Assembly: GCA_008081325.1 (NCBI GenBank)
Contig: VMCO01000177.1
Location: forward strand, 1 to 26,647
Reading direction: 5' to 3'
Source: Flavobacteriaceae bacterium
GTDB taxonomy: Bacteria > Bacteroidota > Bacteroidia > Flavobacteriales > Flavobacteriaceae
DNA: 26,647 bases
The translations under genes and the position numbers were made by a program. Below, in pieces: positions 18,214 to 26,647 of this stretch. Position 1 is the stretch's first letter, and each line of letters opens with the position of its first letter. A model generated the notes under the pieces. It was not told the DNA's origin and did not search any database. It worked only from the letters and a program-made list of their open reading frames with translations.

Positions 18214-19353
18214 TTATAAAAAAGCATTTTTTAAATCATCGATTAAATCATCGGCATCTTCAATTCCAACGCTCAACCTTATCAAAGAGTCAGTAACTCC
18301 AGATTTTTCTCTTTCTTCTTTCGGTATGCTAGCGTGAGTCATAGTTGCAGGATGCCCGCATAATGACTCAACTCCACCAAGAGATTCAGCTAAAGTAAAT
18401 AAATGAAGTTTTTCTAAAAATTTAATTGTTTGTTCTTTGCTATAATCTTTAATTCTAAAAGAAAGCATTCCTCCAAAATCAGACATTTGTTTTTTTGCAA
18501 CTTCATGATTTTTATGAGACTCTAATCCTGGCCAATATACTTTCTCAACCATCTTATGATCGTTTAAAAAATGTGCAACTTTATGTGCATTTTCACAATG
18601 TCTCTGAATCCTCACATGCAATGTTTTAATTCCTCTTAAGGTCAAAAAACAATCTTGTGGTCCAGGGACTGCGCCACTTGAATTTTGAATAAAGTATAAT
18701 TTTTCAGCAAGTTCATCATCGTTTAACATTAAAGCGCCCAAAACAACATCACTGTGACCAGCTAAATATTTAGTAGCAGAATGCATTACTATGTCGGCAC
18801 CTAAATTTAAAGGGTTTTGTAAATAAGGAGAAGCAAATGTGTTGTCAACAACCAAGATTAAATTATTGGACTTACTAATATTTGAAAGTGCTTCAATATC
18901 AAAAACATTTATCATCGGATTTGTCGGTGTTTCAGCCCAAATGACTTTGGTGTTTTCGTTTATTAGTGATTCCACATCAGCTATATTGTGTAGTGATGTG
19001 AAATGAAATTTTACTCCATATTTTTCAAAAATCTTGGTGAATAAACGAAATGTGCCTCCGTATAAATCGTTCGTACTTATTACTTCGTCTCCAGGACTCA
19101 GCAGTTTTATAATTGCATCAATGGCTGCTAAACCAGACGAAAATGCCACTCCGTGTTTAGCATTTTCAAGACTTGCAAATGAATTTTGTAAGGCAGTTCT
19201 TGTAGGATTATGAGTTCTTGAATATTCAAAACCTTTGTTAACACCAGGGCTTTTTTGAGCATAGGTTGATGTTTGATATATTGGCTGCATAACAGAATTA
19301 AATGCAGGATCAATTTTTTGACCTCCGTGAATTGTTTTGGTGTTAAACTTCAT
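18214..19353 (-). CDS. Cystathionine gamma-synthase/gamma-lyase family PLP enzyme (Cys/Met metabolism)
   Basis: PIYQTSTY, YSRTHNPT, DLYGGT, ETPTNP, VDNTFASP, the PLP-Lys motif HSATKYLAGHSD, and AESLGGVES. The specific activity (MetB, MetC or CGL) cannot be resolved from sequence. Confidence 0.93.
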   Translation of the reverse strand: MKFNTKTIHGGQKIDPAFNSVMQPIYQTSTYAQKSPGVNKGFEYSRTHNPTRTALQNSFASLENAKHGVAFSSGLAAIDAIIKLLSPGDEVISTNDLYGGTFRLFTKIFEKYGVKFHFTSLHNIADVESLINENTKVIWAETPTNPMINVFDIEALSNISKSNNLILVVDNTFASPYLQNPLNLGADIVMHSATKYLAGHSDVVLGALMLNDDELAEKLYFIQNSSGAVPGPQDCFLTLRGIKTLHVRIQRHCENAHKVAHFLNDHKMVEKVYWPGLESHKNHEVAKKQMSDFGGMLSFRIKDYSKEQTIKFLEKLHLFTLAESLGGVESLCGHPATMTHASIPKEEREKSGVTDSLIRLSVGIEDADDLIDDLKNAFL

Positions 19354-19390
19354 GATTTGATAAATTAAATTAGAGCATATTAGCTACAAA

Positions 19391-19419
19391 CAAATGTATG
19401 GATTATCTTTAGAATTCAA
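19391..19419 (-). promoter_or_regulatory. Sigma-A promoter of the PLP lyase gene (possibly also gdhA)
   Basis: On -: TTG (19419-19417), an 18-bp spacer, then TACATTTG (19398-19391). Confidence 0.6.
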
Positions 19420-19428
19420 TTTATTGAA

Positions 19429-20322
19429 ATGAACAAAAGAATCCTTGCTCTGCTTGCTGCATTATTAGCAACTTCAATTTTTGGATTTAATCATACAATT
19501 GCTAAGGAACTCATGCCAGATGTGTTGTCCCCCAATGCATTATTGTATTGTAGGGTAGTTGGTGCTGCGGTTTGTTTTTGGTTTATTTCATTATTTGTTG
19601 AAAGAGAGAAAGTAGAGCTTAAAGATTTTAAGTTAATTTTTATTTGCGCAATTTTTGGAATGGGTTTGAATATGATCACAGCATTAAACGGACTTTACAA
19701 TTCAACACCAATCAATAGCGCAATCATTACTACACTCGCACCAATATTTATTTTTCTTATTTCAGTAATTATTCTAAACGAAAAAATTACTAAAAGAAAA
19801 TATGTTGGGGTATTTATTGGATTTTGTGGGACATTAACTTTAATTCTTTTAAATGAAAAATCAGTCTCTACTGCTCCAAATATTAACTTGGGTAATTTTT
19901 ATCTTTTTATAAATAGTATTGCATATGCACTATATTTTGTTTTAGTAAAACCTCTTACCAAAAAATATAATATGATTACTATTATGAAATGGCTATTCTT
20001 CTTTTCAATATTTATAAATATGCCATTTGGATTGGTTGAGTTTAGTAAGATTAACTGGGTTGAAATTTCTGGAAATTCTTTGCTTAAAATTTCTTACGTT
20101 GTTATCTGTACAACATTTCTTGTTTATCTATTGAACTTATATGCCCTGAAAAACTTAAAGGCTTCAACTGTTGGGATGTTTATTTATCTTCAACCCGTTA
20201 TCGGAATTCTATTTGCAATTTACAGAGGGGCTGATAAACTAACACTTGCTGATATAACATCGGTAATTCTTGTTTTTACAGGTGTTTATTTAGTTTCTAA
20301 AAAAACCAGCAAAGCAACTTAA
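19429..20322 (+). CDS. DMT/EamA family transporter
   Basis: About 10 hydrophobic segments in two repeats, with EamA-like PIF.FLISVIILNEKIT..KY.G.FIG..G and YLQPVIG..FA motifs. Confidence 0.9.
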   Translation: MNKRILALLAALLATSIFGFNHTIAKELMPDVLSPNALLYCRVVGAAVCFWFISLFVEREKVELKDFKLIFICAIFGMGLNMITALNGLYNSTPINSAIITTLAPIFIFLISVIILNEKITKRKYVGVFIGFCGTLTLILLNEKSVSTAPNINLGNFYLFINSIAYALYFVLVKPLTKKYNMITIMKWLFFFSIFINMPFGLVEFSKINWVEISGNSLLKISYVVICTTFLVYLLNLYALKNLKASTVGMFIYLQPVIGILFAIYRGADKLTLADITSVILVFTGVYLVSKKTSKAT

Positions 20323-20333
20323 AAATCTATTCA

Positions 20334-20341
20334 TATATTTG
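20334..20341 (+). promoter_or_regulatory. -7 element for the yicC-gmk-nadD-gpsA operon
   Basis: TATATTTG, 16 bp before the ATG at 20358. No -33 TTG was found. Confidence 0.6.
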
Positions 20342-20357
20342 CTAAATATATCATAAA

Positions 20358-21263
20358 ATGATTAAGTCAATGACTGGCTATGCCAGTGAATCTTTTATAA
20401 TTAATTCAACAAAATTTATTGTTGAAATAAAGTCTGTTAACAGTAAAACATTAGACTTAAACATAAGATGTCCACATTTTCTAAAATCCTATGAAAATGA
20501 CTTAAGAAAGGAGATTTCAAGTAAACTTTTTAGGGGTAAGATTGAGCTTAATGTTACTTCTGAAATAGGAAAAAACTTAGATGAAATAAGCATAAATCAA
20601 GAAATTGTAAGCAACTACATTAAACAACTTAAGGAATTCAACAACATTGATTCAAAAGATTTTTCCGAGTCGACAAATCAATTCCTAAATATTTCCAGTG
20701 AAAAAGACTATTTGAAGATTGCAATGAGACTGCCAAATGCATACTCATCAAAATCTATAGATTTAAGTGCTTCTGAGATTACAAGTATTATTGACAAAAT
20801 TTCAATAGCTACGAAAAACCTTAATGATTACAGGGCCAAGGAAGGTTCAGAAATGGAAAAAGATTTTAGAAATAAAATTTCTCTAATTAAAAAGTTATTA
20901 GGCAATATTGAAAAAATTGAAAAAGAAAGAATTTCAAAAAAAAGAGAAAAACTGCTTGAAGAACTTAAAAAGATAGATTTAGAAATCGATAATAATAGGC
21001 TTGAGCAAGAAATGATATATTATTTAGAAAAATTTGATATAAATGAAGAAATAATAAGACTAAAAAGCAATATTTTAATTTTTGACGAGGCACTAGAGTC
21101 AAACAATCCGGTTGGCAAAAAACTTGGGTTTATTTGTCAAGAAATAGGGCGTGAAATAAACACAATAGGCTCTAAAGCTAATGATGCAAATCTCCAAAAA
21201 TATGTTATTGAAATGAAAGATAACTTGGAAAAAATTAAAGAAAACATCTTAAATATTCTGTGA
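20358..21263 (+). CDS. yicC: YicC/YloC family endoribonuclease
   Basis: MIKSMTGY, EIKSVNSKTLDL, RGKIE, DINEEIIRL, GKKLGFICQEIGREINTIGSKAN and EKIKE motifs. Confidence 0.96.
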   Translation: MIKSMTGYASESFIINSTKFIVEIKSVNSKTLDLNIRCPHFLKSYENDLRKEISSKLFRGKIELNVTSEIGKNLDEISINQEIVSNYIKQLKEFNNIDSKDFSESTNQFLNISSEKDYLKIAMRLPNAYSSKSIDLSASEITSIIDKISIATKNLNDYRAKEGSEMEKDFRNKISLIKKLLGNIEKIEKERISKKREKLLEELKKIDLEIDNNRLEQEMIYYLEKFDINEEIIRLKSNILIFDEALESNNPVGKKLGFICQEIGREINTIGSKANDANLQKYVIEMKDNLEKIKENILNIL

Positions 21264-21829
21264 TGAGTAATTCAAAATTCATAGTTATTGCAGCCCCTTC
21301 TGGATCAGGAAAAACTACTATAGTTAATAGGCTTCTTAAAGACAAAAGCTTAAGTTTATCTTTTTCCATTTCAGCAACATCAAGAGCTCCAAGAAACAAT
21401 GAAGTTGACGGAATTAATTATTTCTTTTTAACAAAAGATGAGTTTATTAAAAAGATTGAAAACAAAGAATTTATAGAGTGGGAAGAAGTTTATAAGGATA
21501 ATTTTTATGGAACACTTACTACTGAATTAGAAAATGCCATTAATAAAAATTTAGTTTTTGATGTTGATGTTATTGGAGGTTTAAATATTAAGAAAAAATT
21601 TCCAAAACAAACTATCACAATTTTTATTAAACCCCCAAGCATTGATGAGCTTGAAAATAGATTACGAAATAGAAATTTAGATTCAAATGCTAGTATAAAA
21701 ATCAGAATCGAAAAGGCTAAAGATGAAATGTCACAAGCTGATAAATTTGATCATATTGTTGAAAACAATATCCTTGAAAATAGTTTTAATGAAGTTTTAG
21801 AATTAGTTCAAAATTTTATAAATGAGTAA
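21260..21829 (+). CDS. gmk: Guanylate kinase
   Basis: P-loop APSGSGKTT, SATSRAPR..EVDG..YFF and YGT. The true start may be the ATG at 21263 rather than the GTG at 21260. Confidence 0.97.
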   Translation: MMSNSKFIVIAAPSGSGKTTIVNRLLKDKSLSLSFSISATSRAPRNNEVDGINYFFLTKDEFIKKIENKEFIEWEEVYKDNFYGTLTTELENAINKNLVFDVDVIGGLNIKKKFPKQTITIFIKPPSIDELENRLRNRNLDSNASIKIRIEKAKDEMSQADKFDHIVENNILENSFNEVLELVQNFINE

Positions 21830-22406
21830 AAAAAAGGTTGGTTTATTTTTTGGAACTTTTGACCCCATTCACAATGGACATATAAAAATTGCCGAATACA
21901 TAACTGAGAAGAAATTAACAGATGAAGTTTGGTTAGTTGTAACACCTGAAAATCCAATTAAGCTGAAGAGTAAAATATCAAATTTTAAACATAGATTTAA
22001 TATGGCTAAAATTGCAACTGAAAAATACGAGAATATAATGCCAAGTGATTTGGAGGTAAACTTAAAAAAACCAAATTACACTATTGATACTTTAGAGTAT
22101 ATATCAAATAAATTAAAAGAAATCGAATTTAGTTTGATTATAGGGGAGGACAATTATAAGATTTTTGATACTTGGAAAGACTATGAAAAAATTCTCGACA
22201 ATTATAAAATTTTCATCTATCCAAGAAAAGGAACGCTTAAAGAAAGTCCTTATATAATTAACCAAAATGCAATGTATATAGGGGGTCCAAGAATTGATTT
22301 AAGCTCAACTAATATTAGAAATATTGTCTCAAAAAAAACTGAACCTAAAGATTTGATTTCAGCTAAGGTTATGGAGTATATTAATATTAATAAATTATAT
22401 CAATGA
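21822..22406 (+). CDS. nadD: Nicotinate-nucleotide adenylyltransferase
   Basis: GTFDPIHNGH (HIGH-like), YTIDTL, LIIGEDN and LSSTNIR motifs. Confidence 0.95.
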   Translation: MSKKKVGLFFGTFDPIHNGHIKIAEYITEKKLTDEVWLVVTPENPIKLKSKISNFKHRFNMAKIATEKYENIMPSDLEVNLKKPNYTIDTLEYISNKLKEIEFSLIIGEDNYKIFDTWKDYEKILDNYKIFIYPRKGTLKESPYIINQNAMYIGGPRIDLSSTNIRNIVSKKTEPKDLISAKVMEYININKLYQ

Positions 22407-23407
22407 AAGAAACTAAATTAAAATTTGGAGTTATTGGTAGTGGAAGCTGGGCAACCGCTCTGATCAAAATTCTTTCTGAAAACAATAATGACATAAACTG
22501 GTACATTAGAAACAGTGAGAATATTGAATTCATTAAAAGTAATTTTCATAATCCAAACTATTTAAGTTCTGTAGAGCTTAATCTCAACAAATTAAATATG
22601 TCTTCAGATATAAATAAAGTTGTAGAGAATTCAGATGTAATTATAATTGCGATTCCATCAGAATATGTAAATAATGAAATGAATAAAATTGAAGTTAATC
22701 TTTCCGACAAAATAATAATGTGTGCCCTTAAAGGTCTTGTTCAAGAAACAAATCTTTTATTTGGAGAACACATGCATAAATATTTTGATGTTTCTAAAGA
22801 TAACTTTCTGGTTATTGGGGGACCATGTCATGCTGAAGAAGTTGCATTGGAAAAATTATCATATTTAACCATAGGCTCCTCAAACTTAAATTTATGTAAA
22901 GTTGTTTCTGATAAATTTAAATGTAAGTATATCAATGTTAAGACATCTGATGACGTGTTCGGAATTGAATATGCTAGCATGTTAAAAAATATATTTGCTT
23001 TGGCTGTTGGTATTTCTAACGGATTGGGTTATGGAGATAACTATCAAAGTGTCTTGATGAGTAATTCAATTAAAGAAATGAAAAGATTTATTTCAAAAAG
23101 ACATAAGATTAAAAGAAATATAAATAATTCAGCCTACTTAGGGGATTTACTAGTAACTGGGTATTCATCTTTTTCAAGGAATAGAATGTTTGGAAATATG
23201 ATTGGAAAAGGATATACGGTGAAGGCAGCTCAACTTGAAATGAAAATGGTAGCTGAAGGATATATCGCTACAAAAAAAGCATTTTTACTTAATAATAATG
23301 CAAAGAAAAAAGCTAAAACACCAATAATTGACGCAGTCTATAAAATTTTATATGATAAAAGAAGTGCTAAAAAGGTGTTTAAAGATCTAAGTGATATAAT
23401 TTCTTAA
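22403..23407 (+). CDS. gpsA: NAD(P)H-dependent glycerol-3-phosphate dehydrogenase
   Basis: [38 protein letters not shown] and SRNR..G..IGKG motifs. Confidence 0.96.
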   Translation: MKETKLKFGVIGSGSWATALIKILSENNNDINWYIRNSENIEFIKSNFHNPNYLSSVELNLNKLNMSSDINKVVENSDVIIIAIPSEYVNNEMNKIEVNLSDKIIMCALKGLVQETNLLFGEHMHKYFDVSKDNFLVIGGPCHAEEVALEKLSYLTIGSSNLNLCKVVSDKFKCKYINVKTSDDVFGIEYASMLKNIFALAVGISNGLGYGDNYQSVLMSNSIKEMKRFISKRHKIKRNINNSAYLGDLLVTGYSSFSRNRMFGNMIGKGYTVKAAQLEMKMVAEGYIATKKAFLLNNNAKKKAKTPIIDAVYKILYDKRSAKKVFKDLSDIIS

Positions 23408-24420
23408 AACGAAGATTTAAACTGATCCAGAAATCTGACATCATTTTCACTTAACAATCTGATGTCATCAATTTGATGAAGTAATAAAGCAATTCTATCA
23501 ATGCCTAATCCAAAAGCAAAACCTGAGTATTCGCTAGAGTCAATTTTACAATTTTCTAAAACATTAGGGTCAACCATTCCACATCCCATAATCTCAAGCC
23601 ATCCAGTACCCTTAGTCATTTTATAATCAGTTTCATTGTTTAAACCCCAATAAACATCTACCTCAGCACTAGGCTCAGTAAAAGGAAAATAAGAGGGTCT
23701 TAGTCTTATTTTTGATTTGCCAAAGAGTTGAGTTGTGAAATATTCTAATGTTTGTTTTAAATCTGCAAAACTTACATCTTTATCAATACATAAGCCTTCA
23801 ATCTGATGAAAAAAACAGTGTGAACGAGCAGAAATTGCTTCATTTCTGTAAACTCTTCCTGGTGAAATAGTTCTGATAGGTGGCTTGTTATTTTCCATGT
23901 ATCTGACCTGAACTGAACTAGTATGGGTTCTAAGTAAATAGTCCGGATCTTTTTCAATGAAAAAAGTATCCTGCATATCTCTTGCAGGATGATGTTCAGG
24001 AAGATTTAAAGCACTGAAATTGTGCCAATCATCTTCTATTTCTGGCCCTTCACTTATTGTAAATCCAATATTCGAAAAAATGTCAATTATTCTATTTTTG
24101 ACGACTGAAATAGGGTGGCGAGAACCAATACCAATAGGGTCCCCAGGCCTAGAAGTATCATTAATTTCAATCTTCTCAGATGATTTAGAGCTATTTGATT
24201 TTAAAGCCTCAACTTTTTCTTGAGCTAAGTTTTTTAATTCATTTAACAGACGTCCAACATTTTTCTTTTCATTACTATCTAATGATTTAAATTCAACAAA
24301 ATATGAATTCAATAAACCTTTTTTCCCAAGATACTTTACCCTAAACTCTTCTATTTCAGTAATTGAGTCAGAAGTAAAATTTTCAATTGCTTCTAAATCT
24401 TTTTTTATTTTATCCTCCAT
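23404..24420 (-). CDS. pheS: Phenylalanine--tRNA ligase alpha subunit
   Basis: [50 protein letters not shown] and FAFGLG motifs. Confidence 0.99.
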   Translation of the reverse strand: MEDKIKKDLEAIENFTSDSITEIEEFRVKYLGKKGLLNSYFVEFKSLDSNEKKNVGRLLNELKNLAQEKVEALKSNSSKSSEKIEINDTSRPGDPIGIGSRHPISVVKNRIIDIFSNIGFTISEGPEIEDDWHNFSALNLPEHHPARDMQDTFFIEKDPDYLLRTHTSSVQVRYMENNKPPIRTISPGRVYRNEAISARSHCFFHQIEGLCIDKDVSFADLKQTLEYFTTQLFGKSKIRLRPSYFPFTEPSAEVDVYWGLNNETDYKMTKGTGWLEIMGCGMVDPNVLENCKIDSSEYSGFAFGLGIDRIALLLHQIDDIRLLSENDVRFLDQFKSSF

Positions 24421-24433
24421 AATAATCTATTGC

Positions 24434-24441
24434 CAAATTTA
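24434..24441 (-). promoter_or_regulatory. -7 element for pheS (very short leader)
   Basis: CAAATTTA on + equals TAAATTTG on -, 13 bp upstream of the ATG. Confidence 0.5.
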
Positions 24442-24448
24442 TGAAATC

Positions 24449-24799
24449 TTAATTAATATAGTCTGATTTAATAAAATAGTTAATGATTGCTTTTTTCATA
24501 AGAATTGTTTGTTCACCTGGCTTTAAGTTTGGTAGCTTTTTGATTAACTTATAATGTGGCCAACCATCTTCATCTTTAAAATCAAATTCATAATATCCAT
24601 AATCAGTTAACAACTTACATACAGCTATATGTATAACCTCCATTTTTTTTTGCTTATTCAGTTTTTTCTGAAATTGACCTAGCTCCTGTAATCCGATTAA
24701 AAAAATTATCGAGTCTAAATCAATGATATCATCTTCAGAAAAATCAGCCGAAAGTTTATTTTTCAAATTATCCCACTTTGTTTTTAGCTCAGATTTCAA
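24449..24799 (-). CDS. Hypothetical protein (looks like a conserved Bacteroidota family)
   Basis: TTG start, 116 aa, filling the gap exactly. Motifs IFLIGLQELG, HIAVCKLL..YGYYEF and DGWPHY look conserved (from recollection, not searched). Confidence 0.7.
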   Translation of the reverse strand: MKSELKTKWDNLKNKLSADFSEDDIIDLDSIIFLIGLQELGQFQKKLNKQKKMEVIHIAVCKLLTDYGYYEFDFKDEDGWPHYKLIKKLPNLKPGEQTILMKKAIINYFIKSDYIN

Positions 24800-24880
24800 T
24801 TAATAATTTTATTAGAAATTTTTCTATACTAAGATAAAGAAGTTAATATTTATTAAATTAACATCACCTAATAATTTATT

Positions 24881-25378
24881 ATGAGCTATCTCGATCTTTT
24901 TTTTGGTTTGACAATAGCCTGGGGAGCTTATAGTGGTTTTTCAAAAGGACTAATTAAAGAATTAGCATCTATATTAGGGGTAATTATTGGGGTATTCTTA
25001 GCCAAGAATTACTACCCATATCTTGATATAAAACTAAAACCAATTTTTGAATCTGAAGCAGGTTTTATTTCTATTCTATCGGCAATATTGATATTCTTAT
25101 TAACCATAATGGTATTCAAAATTATTGCTAAGTTTTTGACAAAATTCTTAAAAATAATTGCTCTTGGATTACTAAACAGAATTATCGGATCTGTTTTTGG
25201 TATTTTTAAAACGGTTCTGCTTTTGTGCATTTTAGTTTTTATTTTTTCGAATATAAATAATGTGACAGGAATTATAAAAGCTGAAAAACTTAGTCAATCT
25301 TTTTTTTACTCAAAAATTGAAAAAATTAATAGTTTTATAATTGAAAGTAACTACAATGAAAACGGTAATGAGGAATGA
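24881..25378 (+). CDS. cvpA: CvpA (colicin V production) family membrane protein
   Basis: D......AW.AY.GFSKGLIKE, four hydrophobic segments, and LNRIIGSVFG.FK. Confidence 0.9.
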   Translation: MSYLDLFFGLTIAWGAYSGFSKGLIKELASILGVIIGVFLAKNYYPYLDIKLKPIFESEAGFISILSAILIFLLTIMVFKIIAKFLTKFLKIIALGLLNRIIGSVFGIFKTVLLLCILVFIFSNINNVTGIIKAEKLSQSFFYSKIEKINSFIIESNYNENGNEE

Positions 25379-25812
25379 TGAAGATCGATAACTAATTTAT
25401 CGTTCATGAGCTTATAGCCAAATGTAAATTCAACTTTAACTTCGTTATTTGATAAGTCTTTAAAAAAATAATTACCCATTGCAATTGCTCTATCATTTTC
25501 AATTATAAAACCTGAGTTTTCAAATTTAACTTCAACCCAGGGCTTCATAGCAAAACCATCATCTTCAGAACAATAGGAGTGATCCCCACCTAAAAAATAT
25601 GACAAAGCCATTTCAAATGTTGGCCTGAATTGTTGAGCGGATGCTTTTGTAGGTTTAAATAACACATTATTATTTTTAAAATCATACATTTCATTTAAGA
25701 ATGAAGTGGTATATTGAATACATTCTGATTTGTTTTCCTTTAGGCTTCCTATTCTTACAATTCCGCTACCCCATTTATTTTGAGCTTCTTTAATTAAATC
25801 TTCTGTTATCAT
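25351..25812 (-). CDS. COG4337-like NTF2/SnoaL-fold protein, candidate iota-class (metal-independent) carbonic anhydrase
   Basis: Motif series LFKPTKA, FRPTFEMALSYFLGG, EDDGFAMKPW, VKFEN, AIAMGNYFF, KVEFTFGY and the terminal LHHSSLPF. Single domain, no signal peptide. Confidence 0.8.
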   Translation of the reverse strand: MITEDLIKEAQNKWGSGIVRIGSLKENKSECIQYTTSFLNEMYDFKNNNVLFKPTKASAQQFRPTFEMALSYFLGGDHSYCSEDDGFAMKPWVEVKFENSGFIIENDRAIAMGNYFFKDLSNNEVKVEFTFGYKLMNDKLVIDLHHSSLPFSL

Positions 25813-26600
25813 ATTATTTTAATTTCATTATTATTAATCCAACCTTCTTGACCATTTACTAATTTGATTTTCACCCATTTATCGTTGAAACTATCAATAA
25901 TCTTTACTTTAGTACCCATGTGCAAAATAAGTAAATTCTCACTTCTTTCATTTGGTTCGGACTTAATTTCAATTTTTGAAGAAAAAATAATCGCATATTT
26001 TTCAAGATGATTTTTTTCGTAAGCATGTAAACTAATCTTTGTTGTAATTCCAATCAAGAAAAGTAAAACTAATAATAGTGTAAATGAAGTTCTTTTAACA
26101 ATTGGTTCTTTTGAAAAGAAATAAAAAATAAATAATAAAAGAAAGAGAAAAGATATAATTAAAGATATCAAGCCCCAGTTAGAATAACTTAAGTTGTTTG
26201 ATATTTTGTTTAATTGATTATCAAAAAATGGCTCTGGTATTTTAGTTATATCATCAATGATTGCATTGTTAACCATTTTTAAATTATTGATTATATCTTT
26301 ATCTGTAGGATTAAGCTTTAATGATTTTTCATAAAACAAGATACTGTTTGGAATATCATTTAATTTATAAAATGAATTCCCAAGATTATAATATAACTCT
26401 GATGAATGAACTCCTGAATCCAAAATTTCAAAATAAACCTCAATTGATTTTTCGTATTTTGAATCATTATAAAGATTGTTTGCCTTTGTAAATTTATCGT
26501 CAAAAACAGAGAAATTTAAATTCTCTTCACTAAGAAGATTAGTCGAAAACATCGCCAAGATAATTAAGATTATAGTGTGAAAAAGTGGGGTCTTCAGCAT
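25809..26600 (-). CDS. batE: BatE-type TPR protein with two TM helices and a C-terminal SH3b domain
   Basis: F.KAN.LY..KYE..I..Y, ELYYNLGNSFYK, YEKSLKLNP.D.DI.NNL, TM segments, and an SH3b domain (SEPN..S..L..LH.GTKV, WVKIKL.NG.EGW). The frame stays open upstream to the window edge. Confidence 0.88.
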   Translation of the reverse strand: MLKTPLFHTIILIILAMFSTNLLSEENLNFSVFDDKFTKANNLYNDSKYEKSIEVYFEILDSGVHSSELYYNLGNSFYKLNDIPNSILFYEKSLKLNPTDKDIINNLKMVNNAIIDDITKIPEPFFDNQLNKISNNLSYSNWGLISLIISFLFLLLFIFYFFSKEPIVKRTSFTLLLVLLFLIGITTKISLHAYEKNHLEKYAIIFSSKIEIKSEPNERSENLLILHMGTKVKIIDSFNDKWVKIKLVNGQEGWINNNEIKII

Positions 26601-26647
26601 CGAATTTGTTTCAAGCAGTGCGATAAATCGTTTGGCCGTGGCATAAT

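Noticed and set aside
19128-19679. ORFs 19128..19313 and 19491..19679
   Set aside because: Alternative-frame or antisense shadows of the PLP lyase and DMT genes.
23772-24223. ORFs 23772..23957 and 24020..24223
   Set aside because: Shadows within pheS.
24813-24826. TAGAAA-TT-TTTCTA palindrome between the hypothetical gene and cvpA
   Set aside because: A single, very AT-rich palindrome with no second copy seen; likely chance.
25012-25230. 72-aa minus-strand ORF
   Set aside because: Antisense shadow of cvpA.

Overview
A very AT-rich, compact stretch (about 940 non-coding bp by my gap count, roughly 96% coding) of a Bacteroidota chromosome, probably a streamlined marine Flavobacteriia-type organism. 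The taxonomic evidence is TAnnTTTG promoters, A-rich starts without Shine-Dalgarno sites, an atpD-atpC pair split from the other atp genes, PorZ and BatE. In order: a partial TonB-dependent receptor (TBDR); a TBDR plus SGNH/GDSL lipoprotein; atpD-atpC; umuC-umuD in non-canonical order; a TBDR; a porZ-recO-TBDR-recX operon; gdhA; a Cys/Met PLP lyase; a DMT/EamA transporter; yicC-gmk-nadD-gpsA; pheS; a hypothetical protein; cvpA; a COG4337-like (iota-class, metal-independent) carbonic anhydrase candidate coupled to batE; and batE, whose frame stays open to the window edge. I saw no tRNA, rRNA, CRISPR array, IS or prophage. The most notable items are the iota-CA candidate in the bat operon, the TBDR-GDSL module with helically phased promoter repeats, the inverted umuC-umuD order and a possible alternative RNA structure upstream of gdhA. 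All family calls come from recognising motifs by eye; no database searches were run.
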